Part shown: positions 1-12,637 of the stretch, piece after piece | Numbering within the stretch: position 1 is the first letter of the stretch | Layout: each line of letters begins with the position of its first letter | From: the human T2T-CHM13v2.0 reference genome, Homo sapiens | Direction: 5' to 3' | DNA: 64,000 nucleotides | Assembly (NCBI GenBank): GCA_009914755.4 | Contig: CP086569.2 | Span: 16,480,001 to 16,544,000, forward strand | Notes under the pieces: generated by a model | Database searches by the model: none | What the model was told of the DNA's origin: nothing | The model's input: only the letters and a program-made list of their open reading frames with translations | Made by a program: the position numbers and the translations under genes

Positions 1-35
1 CTGTTTCCCAGGCTGGAGTGCAGTGCAGTGACCTC
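1..35 (-). repeat. Short Alu-like fragment, antisense (ggctggagtgcagtg motif)
   Basis: Sequence cccaggctggagtgcagtg matches the reverse complement of the Alu right-arm 3' region; too short to classify. Confidence 0.4.
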
Positions 36-99
36 TACATTTGAACCTACTGATTCCACTGCATTCCTAACTCAAATCTGTTTCCCTACTGAAATCTAC

Positions 100-870
100 A
101 GGATTCATCAAATGACAGATTGGATAAAGAAAACGTGGTGCATGCATGCAGTGGCTCATGCCTGTAATCCCAACACTTTGGGAGGCCAAGGCAGGTGGAT
201 AGCGAGGTCAGGAGATGGAGACCATCCTGGCCAACACTGTGAAACCCCATCTCTACTAAAAAAAAATAGAAAAAAAATTAGCCTGGCATGGTGGTTGGTG
301 CCTGTAGTCCCAGCTACTCGAGAGGTTGAAGCAGGAGAATGGCATGAACCCGGGAGGCAGAGCTTGTAATAGCCGAGGTCGGGCCACTGCACTCCAACCT
401 GGGCGACAGAGGGAGACCCTGTCTCAAAGAAAAAAGAAAAAGAAAGAAAGAAAAAGAAAAAAAGAAAATGTGGTATATATACAACATGGAATACTATGCA
501 GCCATAAAAAGAATGAGATAATGTCTTTTGTAACTTGGATGGAGCTGGAGGATATTATTCTTAGCAAACTAATGCAGGGAAAAAAAACCAAATACCACAT
601 GTTCTCACTTATAATGGGAACTAAATGATGAGAACTTATGAACTTGTAAAAGGAAACAACAGAGACTGGGATCTGTTTGAGCGGGGAGGGTGCGAGGAGG
701 TTAAGGAGCATAAAAGATCACTGTTGAGGACTAGGCTTAATACCTGGGTGATTAAATAATTTGTACACCAAACCCCCATGACATGAGTTTACCTATGTAA
801 CAAACTAACCTTCGCATGAATCCCCAAATCTAAAATAAAAGTTAAACATAAATAAAATTAAATATACCAG
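100..870 (+). mobile_element. Old L1 (L1PB/L1M-like) 3' end: ORF2 C-terminus plus 3'UTR, split by an Alu insertion at 136-467
   Basis: ...gattggataaagaaaacgtggtg | Alu | aaaatgtggtatatatacaacatggaatactatgcagccataaaaag... matches the L1 ORF2 end ([15 protein letters not shown]). The 3'UTR-like sequence runs to ~870. Confidence 0.75.
136..467 (+). mobile_element. Alu SINE with A/GAAA-rich tail, inserted into the old L1 above
   Basis: Dimeric Alu: gtggctcatgcctgtaatcccaacactttgggaggc ... gcctgtagtcccagctactcgagaggttgaagcaggagaatggcatgaacccgggaggcagagcttg... Flanking TSD aaaacgtggt (126-135) / aaaatgtggt (467-476). Confidence 0.9.
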
Positions 871-2850
871 ACTTCCTGTTAAAAAAAAACAAATCTATGG
901 GCTAATTTGATAGAATAGCTAGGATTAAATCATCCTTCTATTAAATTCAACATGTTATTCCTTTTAATAAGAGGGGCATTACATGTCTGCTGCAGTCTAT
1001 GTTTAAAAACAATTATTTAATATTACAGGGGTAACTGAGTAATAACAGGACAGTTTCATTTTTTATTAAGGAAATGAGTTTGCAGTATGATTATTCTGTT
1101 TAGATTTGGTTATTGGTAAATTTTGTCTTTGCCAAAATGTTCTAGCATAAAGTGAAATTGGGAAATAGAAGTAGGGTCAAATGTGTATTTTGGATATAAT
1201 TCTAGTCAAAGTTTAGAAATCTTGGCAGTAAGTCCTTTATAGAGTACTTCCTAAAATATTTCCCTCTGAGACCTTTCTAAAATAAATTTTCTTCTATTGT
1301 CCACATGCTTTGAATGATTGTGTCAACCTAATAAAACCAATTTTCTAAGGAATAATTTATCTTCCCATTTAATAATTAAGAAATCATTGTCTCCATTAGG
1401 GCTTCCAGTTAATTTGACAGTGTTCCATACCATGTGATTATGATTTTCATAGACAGCAAGATAAATAAGTAAACCACAGAACAACTCATACCCTGTGACC
1501 CTTTGTAGCTGTTAAATGTAAAATTTTCCATCAGAGCTGTAGACATTTGAAAATGTTCACGTTGCTTCTTTGGGATCTCAGGAGTAGAAACCATTGCTTT
1601 AAACTCACAGAGGATTTAAGATTTTGACGCAATCCTGAACTCTTTCTGGAAAACTTGCATTATGGCTCAAGCATGTTCCCGCACCCTGGATAGGTATTGG
1701 ATATACTTGGATCAGCCTGGTGGGTGAGTCTTGAGAGGATACTTCATTTTGCACTTGTATCTGTGTCAAGGCAGTGGAACAGAAAGGAGTTCAAGTCAAA
1801 AGTCCTGTGAATTGCAGTGTCTTATTGAAGGAACAAGTTGTACCATACCCAGCTTCACTTGTTTAAATCAGAGTTATAAGCCTTTGAGACTCTCTTTGCA
1901 TAGAGAAGTGGAAACATATTCATGGAATTTCCTTCTCAACCTTCACAGCAGCTCCTTCTCACCTGATCCACCTCTTGATATCAATGTTGGACATCTCTGG
2001 GACTCTGTCCTGTGGCCCCTGTCCTCCATCCTCCTTTATCTTCACACTTGCCCTATCTGATGTCATCTAAATCCAGGACCTCATATGACATCCAACTGCA
2101 GGGCATCCCACATACTGAGCTGGGAACCTACTGTGAAGGTCCATGTTGCCATGTCCAGCTGCCCACTTGCCACACAGCATGGAAGCTCAGGAAACATGTC
2201 ATATCAAACAGATACAAGCTAGACCTCAGATGCAAACTAGCCCAAGCCCACACATCCCCAGATTTGCATGATCTTACTGAATGTTTTATGCAGTGACTGA
2301 ACCTCAGTGCTGTGATGTTTGCTGGTTGATTGTCTTGTTTTATTTTGCCTTTCTTTAAATCCTATGTATCCCATCCTTTGGAATCACATTTATTTTCTAA
2401 GTTTATCTGACATTGGTCCTCTTTTTTCAGCTGTATCAATTTTCCATCTTGTCCAGACCACTGTGCTCTGCCCTATGGACTTCTCCAATGTGCTTCCTGG
2501 TGGTCTCCCTAATTCTTTGTTCTCACACTCCATTCTCTACCCAGACACTGGAGTGAGCTTTCATAAACATAATGTACTCTGTTGAATTTCTGAGGACTGA
2601 CATAACTGTTAGTACCACAAACTGGGTGGCTTAAAAGCAGTAGAAATTTTTTCTCTCTCAGTTCTGGGGGCCAGGAGTCTGAAAGTAAGGTGCTGGAAGT
2701 GCTGGGCTCCCTATGAAATCTCTAGGGGAGAATCCTTTGTTGTTTCACCATTAATTCTTAACTTTCCTTGACTTGCAGATATATCACTCCAACTTCTGCC
2801 TCTATTTTCACATGGCTATCTTCCTTTCTTCGAACACTCAAATATCTACC

Positions 2851-3155
2851 AGGCATGGTGGCTTAGACCTGTAATCCCAGCACTTTGAGAGGCTGAGGTG
2901 GGTGGGTCACTTGAGCTCAGGAGTTGGAGATCAACCTGGGCAACATCGTAAGTCCTTGTCTCTACAGAAAATATGTAAAAATTAGCTGGCTGTTGTGTTG
3001 AACACCTATAGTCCCAGCTACTGGAGAGGCTGAGGTAGGAAGATCACCTAATCCCAGGAGTTGCAATCTGCAGTGAGCTATGATTACTCCACTGCACTCC
3101 AGGCTCATCAAAACAGTGAGAACCCTCTTTCTACAGAAAAAAAATAATAATAATA
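2851..3155 (+). mobile_element. Alu SINE
   Basis: caggcatggtggcttagacctgtaatcccagcactttgagaggctgaggtggg... to cagaaaaaaaataataataa; canonical dimeric Alu. Confidence 0.9.
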
Positions 3156-3162
3156 CATTAAC

Positions 3163-3327
3163 CAGATGTGGTGATATACATCTGTAGTTCTAGCTAGTTG
3201 AGAGGCTTAGGTAGGAGAATTGCAATTCTGCGGTGAGCTATGATTGCATCACTGCACTGAACAATAGAGCGAGATCCTGTCCCCAACAAACAACAAACAG
3301 AGAAAAAACAAACAACAACAAAAAAAA
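3163..3327 (+). mobile_element. Partial Alu (right-monomer-like) with (ACAA)/(CAAA)-rich tail
   Basis: gtggtgatatacatctgtagttctagctagttgagaggcttaggtaggagaattgcaattctgcggtgagctatgattgcatcactgcactg... followed by an A/C-rich tail. Confidence 0.75.
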
Positions 3328-3766
3328 CCTCACTCCAATTTCTTCCCATACACTCAAAATACAATGTGAAGTCTGCTACCCCAACTGTACAGTTTTCTCC
3401 TCCTCTCTTCATGTTTTTGTCTGGGGCCCCCAACCCATTAATCTTGTTCTCACTTTAGGGTCTTTGTGTTGACAGTTTCTTCTGTTAGAAACTCATACTC
3501 ACATCTCATCTCTGGATGGATTTTCTCTTTCACTCATATGTTGCCTTTGTAAGGTCTCCCTGGACCACCAAATCAAAAGTCCTTGGCCTCTCCCACCACT
3601 CTATTCTAATTGCTTGCCTATCTGATATCTTACCTGTTTATTATTTTATTTGCTCATAGTTCTTCTCCTGTGGAAGCTGAGATCTGGGCTGCCTCATTCA
3701 CCACTGTGTCCTAGTGCCTTGAATACCCATGGAGTAAGCATTCAATAAGAATCTACTGAATGAATA

Positions 3767-4134
3767 GGGTTATAGTTTGGCTGCGTCCCCACCAAAATCT
3801 CACCTTGAATTATGGATCCCATAATCCCCACATGTTCTGGGAGGGACCCAGTGGGACGTAATTGAATCATGGGGGTGGGTCTTTCCAGCATTGTTCTCGT
3901 GATAGAAAATAAGTCTCATGAGATCTATTGGTTTTATAAGGGGCAGTTCCCCTGCATGTGCTCTCTTTCTTGCTGCCGTATAACACTTGTCTTTGTTCCC
4001 CCTTCAACTTCCACCATGATCATTAGCCCCTCTGCCATGTGGAACTGTGAATCCATTAGAACTCTTTTTCTTTATAAATTACCCACTCTTGGGTATTTAT
4101 TCATAACAGTATGAAAATGGACTGATATAAACAG
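3767..4134 (+). mobile_element. Solo ERVL-MaLR LTR (THE1/MST-type)
   Basis: Starts gttatagtttggctgcgtccccaccaaaatctcaccttgaattatgg..., contains gtaattgaatcatggggg...gtgatagaaaataagtctcatgagatct...ccatgtggaactgtgaatccattag...ataaattacccactcttgggtatt...actgatataaacag. This is the collinear series of hallmark MaLR LTR motifs. Confidence 0.8.
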
Positions 4135-6469
4135 TGAACCCTTCTCAGATTTCTCTTTCTCTGTCTCCTTCTCTCCTTGAGTATTTCCTCTCTTTTTCCT
4201 AAAATACTATCCTTTAGATGGGATCAGAATAACTTCCTTAAGATTTCCTTTTTGCTGAGTTTAGAGTTGTTTGCCTTTGCCTTATTGTAAAATATTTCCT
4301 GTATTCTCAGAAAAGAACAGTTAAAATTCTATCTCTGGCTTCATTTCCATCCCTCTCCCAAATCAAGGTCACTCTGAAGAAGGCTCTTCCTCCCTCTCTT
4401 TTTCTCTGCCTACAGACAAGTAATAAATGTCAGTGGAATGGATAGATGAACTCTATAGATGTCTTCTGCAGAAGTGTGGGGTGGGGGATCACATTTTTCA
4501 GAATGTTCAAGAATGCAGACTTTTTTTCCATGTGCAGAGAAATGCTTTTAAAATTCCCTGATGGCTGCGTGGAAGGAACTGCTCTTTGTGCATGTTTTTA
4601 CTTTAAACAAAAATTCCAAACACATGGCTTGGGTCCATATTGCTTATGGGTTGCTTCTTACAGTCACTGCTTTTGGCATCTCTTTCCCTCATGCAATAAC
4701 ACATCTTTCAGAGAGCAATTGATACTTTCATTATGAAAAAAAAATAGTAGTGACTGGCTCTAGTAGATTATTACAAGGTAGTTATGTTCAAATGATGTTG
4801 GCAAACATTGTCATTGGCTTCCCAAGAGTAGGCAAAGCTGCCGCTTCATGATAGTATCAGTATTTAGTCCTCCAGCAGGTATTCACAGCTTTTCACCTTT
4901 GAAAGAAGATCACATCAGTCTCATTTATCTGTGCATGCATTCAGTTGAATTTGACAGACATGCAATTATATATTGATTCTATAGAACATACCATGCATAT
5001 GCCTAGTTGCTGGGCTATATAGGATAATTTTGAAGGATTCTTTGAACTGATATCAACAGGTCATTTTTCCTTATTTTTGCCCTCATAATAATTGAGTAAT
5101 ATGTGGTAGAACCTAAAAAATCTCATTACATTACTCATCTGCAATTCATACGTTTTAGTCTCTGGCATGAATAAATCAAGGAACGTGAAAATGTAGCATC
5201 TTGGGTGAGAAAACATTTCGCATGAATTATCACATGCTTCAATGTGGTTTGCCTCAATTCAGAGAATCAGTGTTATTTCCAGGTAAGGAGATTCAAGGAG
5301 AAAAAATGAAAAACAGAATATTACATGAACCTCTGCCTAGATCAAGCATAAGAATGACTAGCATATGCTCTTGCCATTAACAGTTATTTGACCTGCTGTG
5401 TGGTAACATTCAGAAGGACAAAAATAGAAGCCTTGTTTGCAAGCAGCTGTTTCTGTCAAGTCTTGGAGTACATTGTAAGAGAATCCTCTCTATGCTTGCC
5501 TGGAGAGATTGAGTAACTCAGCCATCATCCTTCTATTATGGGAACACAACCACAACATGCCATCAAGATATTTAAAGTGTGAATTGGACAATTACTGTAA
5601 CAAATTTTAAACTTAAACCAGACCAAGACTTTTTCTCTGCTCATAAATTTTCAGGAAAAATAATTCATACTCCTTCACCTGTTTTTCTTTTTCTTTCCCC
5701 CATATTCCATTCTCCAACTTTCCTAAGTTTATTTCTACTTTGAAACCCAAATCAAAATCTATTTTGATTTTGGGCAGATTTTTACCTGGGCAGATTTTCC
5801 CAGGTAAAAGACATTTTCTGTTGGCACTCAATCAATTACCTGTGGATGTATCTTTTTGGGTTTTCTTTTTTGTGTGTGTGTGACAAGGTCTCACTTTTTC
5901 ACTATATATAGATATAGATATACAGATATAGGGGGAACTTCTTCCCTTATATATTGCCCCCAAGTGGGCAATTTGTGTATATCAAACCATTAATGAAACT
6001 ACTCCTTTTTCTTATATAGGAATCACTTGTTTTGTTGTTAAATTTAAAGTGAAAATGGTGTGAGTTTGATCAAGTAGAAGGATAAGCAGGTGAAAATTCT
6101 ATGAGTTTGATGGGTCAGAGGAAAAGAAGACTATAATTCACACATTATGATTTCTCACAAAGCTCTGCTTTCAACTGCCTGAATGAACGATGGCAAAGTA
6201 ATTAAACTTCTCATTTGTTGGTTGTGATCTCTGTGAAGCAGGAATCACAATGTCTCTCAGAGAATTACCTTCAGGTGATATTGAAAAGATAAAATAGGGG
6301 AAGAGTTTTAGCTTTCATAGGAGGCCATTACAGTATCTAGAACACATGATGTGAACTTCCATGATAATCTTCCCTAAGTGTCTGTACATATGGAACATAT
6401 GAATGTCTGCAAAAGGCAGAGCCTGCCAGCAAGAGAAATTCCATCTACAGTCTTCAGTTGTAAGAAATA

Positions 6470-6915
6470 ATGTTTTAACTATTCACAATAGCAAGGACAT
6501 GGAGTTAACCAAAATACCCATTGACAGTGGACTGGATTAAAAGAAATGTGATACATACACACCAAGCAGTCATATAAAAGAAAGAGATCCTGTCCTTTGC
6601 AGCAAGATGGATGGAGCTGGAGGCCATTATATTAAAATAATTAATGCAAGATCCTAAAACCAAATACTGCATGCTGTCACTTATAAGGGGAAGCTAAATT
6701 TTAAGTACGCATGGACACAAGGAAGGAAACAACAGACCTTGGGGCCTACTTGAGAGTGGAGGGTGGGAGGAGGGAGAGGATTGAAAAACTACATATCAGG
6801 TACTATGCTGATTACCTGTGTGATGAAATAATCTGCACACCAAACTCCCAAGACAAGCAGATTACCTATATAAAAACCCTGCACTTGTACCCCTGAACCT
6901 AAAATAAATAAAAAC
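6470..6915 (+). mobile_element. L1 3' end fragment (ORF2 C-terminus plus 3'UTR, older subfamily)
   Basis: ctattcacaatagcaaggacatggagttaacc...ccattgacagtggactggattaaaagaaatgtgatacatacacaccaag...ggatggagctggaggccattatattaa...ccaaatactgcatgctgtcacttataagggg; ends in an A-rich (CAAATA)n-like tail. Confidence 0.7.
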
Positions 6916-7005
6916 AAATACATAAACAAATACATACATAGATAAATAATGTAACATCTGAAAAACACACTGGAGCAGAATACAATAACAGGAGGCATTC
7001 CTGTA

Positions 7006-7030
7006 AAGATTAAAAAGAGAGAGAGAGAGA
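7006..7030 (+). repeat. (GA)n simple repeat
   Basis: agagagagagagagagagatgag. Confidence 0.8.
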
Positions 7031-8160
7031 TGAGCTTTTAACAATGGAGATTTGCTTCAGGATCCCTGAAACCTCTGTCTCTAGTAATTTACCTCCTAAA
7101 TTGACTTATTTCCACTGTGGCACTTATTTCCACTGTGACTCACACATGATACCCCTGTGAGGAATGAGTGTTTTTCCATTGGCTCCATTCTCACTTATCT
7201 CACACCAATTGTTTAAAACAGTCTCTTTCTTAGAGTAGCTGAACTTCAACTCCATTCCCTTTGGCCCCAGGCTAACTTCCTGATGGCTACTTCTATGCCA
7301 CTTAGCTCTATGCTCTGTTTGTTATAAAAGGTGAGGAAGCAGTGTTTATTCCCCAGCCATGGGTCACCTGCCCAGCTTGAGTGACTTCAGCCCTGGCCTG
7401 TCTGAGCCCTATACTGGAGCACTTGGTCTCTATCCCTCAACGGGAGGTGTTGGTCATATAAGGGCCACAGGAAAACTGCCTATCTTGCAGGTGGTAGGCT
7501 CAGTGCTTGTGATAATCGTTCCACATAATACTCACATGGAAACACTGTGGGAATGTGAGACACAGAAAGCTGAAGCTATTTTCTCAAGGGAACAGGGCTG
7601 ATGTGCCTGTTTCCTATGTCTGTTGTAATAGTTGACCATGAATTTAGTGGCTCAAAAAATGATTAAAAAAAAAAAAATTAGATTCAGAGAGTACGTGTGC
7701 GGGTGTGTTACATGAGTATATTAAGTGATGCTGAGGTCTAGAGTTCTAATGATACTGTCATCCAAGTAGTGAACATAGCACCTGATAGTTTTTCACTCCT
7801 TGACCACCTCCCACTTTCCCCCGAGTAGTTCCCAGTGTCTGTTGTTGCCATCTTTATGTTTATGAGTACCAAATGTTTAGCTCCCACTTATGAGAAAGAA
7901 CATGCAGCGTTTGATTTTCTGCTCCTCTTTGGGGGCTATTTTGAAATATGTCAGCGAAATGTATTTTGGGGTAAAGAACTTCAATTTCTGTCAGGACTTG
8001 CTATCTGTCACATTGGTATCTTACTGCTACAAAGAGTCTGTTTGGTCCCAGAGATCCCTAAGAATCTCTGGATCACACTTTGAGACTAGCCAGTGCTATG
8101 CTAAGAGTAGAGATTCTAGACCCCCAAAGCTTGAATTAATATACATATATATTTTCTTTT

Positions 8161-8613
8161 AGATGGGGATCTCATTCTGTCACCTAGGCTGGAGTGCAAT
8201 GGTGCGATCTCGGCTCACTGAAACCTCCAACTCCCAAGCTCAGATGATCCTCCCACCCCAACATCTTGATTAGTTGGGACCATATGTATGCATCACCATG
8301 CCCAGCTAATTTTTTTAGGAGGTTTTCTGGTGGTTTTTTTTTTTTTTTAAATTACACTTTAAGTTCTGGGACACATGCAGAACATGCAGGTTTGTTACAT
8401 AGGTATGTACATGCCATGGTTGCTTGTTGCTCCCATCAACAAATCATCAGGACATAGGCATGGCCAAAGACTTCATGACTAAAACACCAAAGCAATGGCA
8501 ACAAACACTAATTTTTTGTTTTGGGTAGAGACTGGGTTTCTGAGATCAAGCATTTCTCCTGACTCAGCCTCCCAAAGTCCTGGGATTACAGGCATGAACC
8601 ACCACACCCAGTG
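8161..8613 (-). mobile_element. Composite: minus-strand Alu interrupted by two short L1 pieces (L1 3'UTR piece ~8326-8455 minus; L1 ORF2 piece ~8456-8510 plus)
   Basis: Alu antisense right arm agatggggatctcattctgtcacctaggctggagtgcaatggtgcgatctcggctcactg... Then ttttttttttttaaattacactttaagttctgggacacatgcagaacatgcaggtttgttacatag (L1 3' end, antisense). Then ggcatggccaaagacttcatgactaaaacaccaaagcaatggcaacaaa (L1 ORF2 3' region, sense). Then Alu antisense left arm ...cctcccaaagtcctgggattacaggcatgaaccaccacacccagtgag. Confidence 0.65.
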
Positions 8614-11600
8614 AGTTCATATTCTTGTATTCACTGCAGGATAAGTGTTGAACTTCCTGGGCCTTCACTCCTTCTCTGGAAAATGAATTCAGTAATAGCA
8701 CTGACTTTACAGGATTGATAGGATGATTAAAAACCTACTTGCCTGTAACGTGCAGTAAAAGAAGTCATGAATATTTGCCATTTTTCATTTTGCCTGCCAT
8801 ATTGAGATAGTAGTTACTTATATATTAGTATAATTCTTTCCTCTTCTACATTTAATACTCATCCAAGATAATAAAATCATAAAATTTGAGGGCTAAAGTG
8901 GAATTTTAAGATCTTCTACTCTAGTCAAATTATTATTTTTTTTCCACTCTAATGATGGAAAACATGGCAGCAATAACACACATAATGTTTTTTCTTATAT
9001 AAAGACAAAAATCCCATTCTCTCTTTCACCTTTTCATTGGCTGTGGTTGTTACCTTTGAAATGAAGCTTAATACTTCCTCAAGTAGCTAGAACAAAGTGT
9101 TCAGGCAATCTCATTCATTTCATTTCTTTCTCATGACCCATAAAATTGAAACCATAGACACTCTTCACTTTCATAATATCCTGGAATGGTTTTCCACCCA
9201 GTCGGGGGAAAGCAAGGTAAGGAAAAATTTCAGAGGCAAGAAAAAAAAAAAAAAGAAAATGTTGTTATAATGGAAAATCCCATCAAAGCTTTTCAGCAAA
9301 AGCATCTAGACAGTACCCTCACATCCGTATCCATCTTTAAATGTGATACACAGATCTCTGCCCTTTAGAAAATAGGCTTAACTCTTTCTTGTTCAGAGAG
9401 GTGCTAATAAGCTTTGTAATCTTCCTGATAGAACAATATTAAATTTGCATTTCTCAGGAGAAGAAACTCATGCAGAGGGTTGGATCCAAGCTGTTTGATG
9501 AGCACTTAACAAAGTGCCTTCACTCTTTATTCATTTTGTTTGAAGAAGAGAATTTATGTTCAGCAGACCCCCATTCTTCAAGAACTGTCCTCTAATTTTC
9601 AAAAAGGATTTTGGAACAAATGGGAGCCCTTCCTGGCCAATCAAAGTATGGTGGGAGATCAGAAGCCCTTGGATCTAGGGTTTCTACTTAAGTGAAAAGA
9701 AAGGTAGTCTGGAGGAACAAAGGAAAGATTTATTTTATTTTAGTTGCAGCATCTTAACCCTGCAGTGAGAATAGTTCTCTAATTCAACCCCATGGTATGC
9801 TTATGTAAGACTTGTCTCTGGTAGTGAACTGTTTCTTCATATGCATGTTAGTGATTCATTTTCGTTCACTGGCATGACTTATCAGAACTTTCAGTGCCCA
9901 TCATCCTGGGCATATTCAGAAAAATTATTTTCCCCAGGTCTCCAAATAAGCTGATATTGGAAATAAAGGGCAGCCTTTTGGGTTATAAAAGGCAGGCAAC
10001 ACGGGCTTATGAAAAAGAATAATCAAATACCTAAATGCATTAATTCATTAACATGAAAATTCTTTCTGTGGGTCTCATCTTTGCAAGCAGATACAATATT
10101 GTCATAGTATGAGTATGACCATGCCCCTTCCTAACATGTTATTAACATCATTAATAAAGAATGGTAACAAGCCATAGTTGGTTACATCTTTTGTAAAATA
10201 TCAAAATTTTAACAATAGACCCTTCAGATGGGACAGAGTGCTGGCAACCTCAATAATCAAATTTTAGAGGTGAAATATTTAGATCTTACAGTCCATAATT
10301 AAAATAAAAATTGACTTTTTTTTTAAGTTACAAAAATAATGTTTTTAATTCTCAACATACTTTTGTCTAATAGAGACAAGGAATGGGCTTAGCTGACTTC
10401 TCCCAGTAACTTTTGCTGGTTTATAGCTGAGCCACTAGAGAAGACCTTTTCGATAGAGTAATACAGACAAAAAAGTCAGTGAGCTATATCTGGTTCACAT
10501 CAGTTTTGCAGAATCAAAGGTGACTCTCTTCATGGGAACAACCTCAAGTTTGTGTGTGCAACCACTTATAACTGATCTTGCTTTCTGTTCAACAAAGGGC
10601 AGAAGGTTTAATGTTTACAAATGGAAACATATTTTTCTAAATTGTGAAAATAACTTTCTTATACTTAAGAGTCCCTATAGTTTATTACATATATATGTAC
10701 TTTCTCCTAAAAACCTTTCCTTAACTATGACTGTCTACATTGAAATCACTGTCATTTTTATATCGAACAAGTTGCTCACAAACATTGTGCCCCAAATAAG
10801 CTTTTCTATTAGTCTCCAAGACCTCCCTTTCTGTATTACCCCCAAAACATTTTCCTTTTCTTATGATCCTTCAGTCCTTCTAGAGTTGGCCAGGCAAAGG
10901 GCGTGTGGGAAGGACATTTCATGTGGAGGGATGAGGATGCTGAAAGCCTCAGAACTGAGAGAGAGCACAGCACATTCTTGGAGGATTGATGTGAATAGGG
11001 TTCAGGAAACGTTTCCAGAACATGTCCTTTTTAATTATGTAAAAATTATCTCTATGGTATTTAACTTGACCTGAAATTTTGACACAAGGGTCCCTTGCAA
11101 ATAACCTGTTAATTTAATAGTACTACCATTATTGTCAGTCAGGAACCAAAGGAAAATAATTTTACCTTCCAAATTAACAACATTCCCAAACACCCACTTT
11201 TCCACCAAGAGCCATGTGGACAGTAGGACAGACAACACATCCTGTTTTTTAATATTGGCTGTTATTTCAAACATGCCACAAAAACTTCAATTAATTTGCA
11301 AGAAAAAGCCCTTTAGACTGTTTACAGAGAAAACAGCAATGTTTGGGGTCACTTTGAAAGTGGATTGGCCCATCTCCCCCAGAACCCAACATTCTAAAAG
11401 CATTTTTGTACTAGCAGCATTAATGGAAATGTGCTGTCCTCTGGGTTGTTACCATGGTTAACTGCAAATCCCACAAATGGTTTAAAAGAATCCCAAATAT
11501 TTCTTTTTTTTATTTTTTAATTTAATTATTGTTATACTTTAAGTTTTAGGGTACATGTGCACAATGTGCAGGTTAATTACACATGTATACATGTGCCATG

Positions 11601-12637
11601 CTGGTGTGCTGCACCCATTAACTCATCATTTAGCATTAGGTACATCTCCTAATGCTATCCCTCACCCCTCCCCCAACCCCACAACAGTCCCCAGAGTGTG
11701 ATGTTCCCCTTCCTGTGTCCACGTGTTCTCATTGTTAAATTCCCACCTATGAGTGAGAACATGCGGTGTTTGGTTTTTTGTTCTTGTGATAGTTTACTGA
11801 GAATCATGATTTCCAATTTCATCCATGTCCCTACAAAGGACATGAACTCATCATTTTTTATGGCTGCATAGTATTCCATGGTGTATATGTGCCACATTTT
11901 CTTAATCCAGTCTATCACTGTTGGACATTTGGGTTGGTTCCAAGTCTGTTATTGTTAATAGTGCCACAATAAACATACGTGTGCATGTGTCTTTATAGCA
12001 GCATGATTTATACTGCTTTGGGTATATACCCAGTAACAGCATGGCTGGGTCAAGTGGTATTTCTGGTTCTAGATCCCTGAGGAATTGCCACACTGACTTC
12101 TACAATGGTTGAACTAGTTTACAGTCACATCAACAGTGTAAAAGTGTTCCTATTTCTCCACATCCTCTCCAGCACCTGTTGTTTACTAACTTTTTAATGA
12201 TTGCCATTCTAACTGGTGTGAGATGTTATCTCATTGTGGTTTTGATTTGCATTTCTCTGATGGCCAGTGATGGTGAGCATTTTTTCACGTGTTTTTGGCT
12301 GCATAAATGTCTTCTTTTGAGAAGTGTCTGTTCACGTCCTTTGCCCACTTTTTGATGGGGTTGTTTGTTTTTTTCTTGTAAATTTGTTTGAGTTCATTGT
12401 AGATTCTGGATATTAGCCCTTTGTCAGATGAGTAGGATGTGAAAATTTTCTCCCATTTTTCAGGTTGCCTGTTCACTCTAATGGTAGTTTCTTTTGCTGT
12501 GCAGCAGCTCTTTAGTTGAATTAGATCGCATTTGTCAATTTTGGCTTTTGTTGTCATTGCTTTTGCTGTTTTAGACATGAAGTCCTTGCCCATGCCTATC
12601 TCCTGAATGGTAATGCATAGGTTTTCTTCTAGGGTTT

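Noticed and set aside
10520-11074. 184-aa plus-strand ORF in non-repeat-looking DNA
   Set aside because: AT-rich, with no recognisable domain or motif, no splice-site context and no similarity to anything I know. Most likely a chance ORF. BLASTP would be needed to resurrect it.
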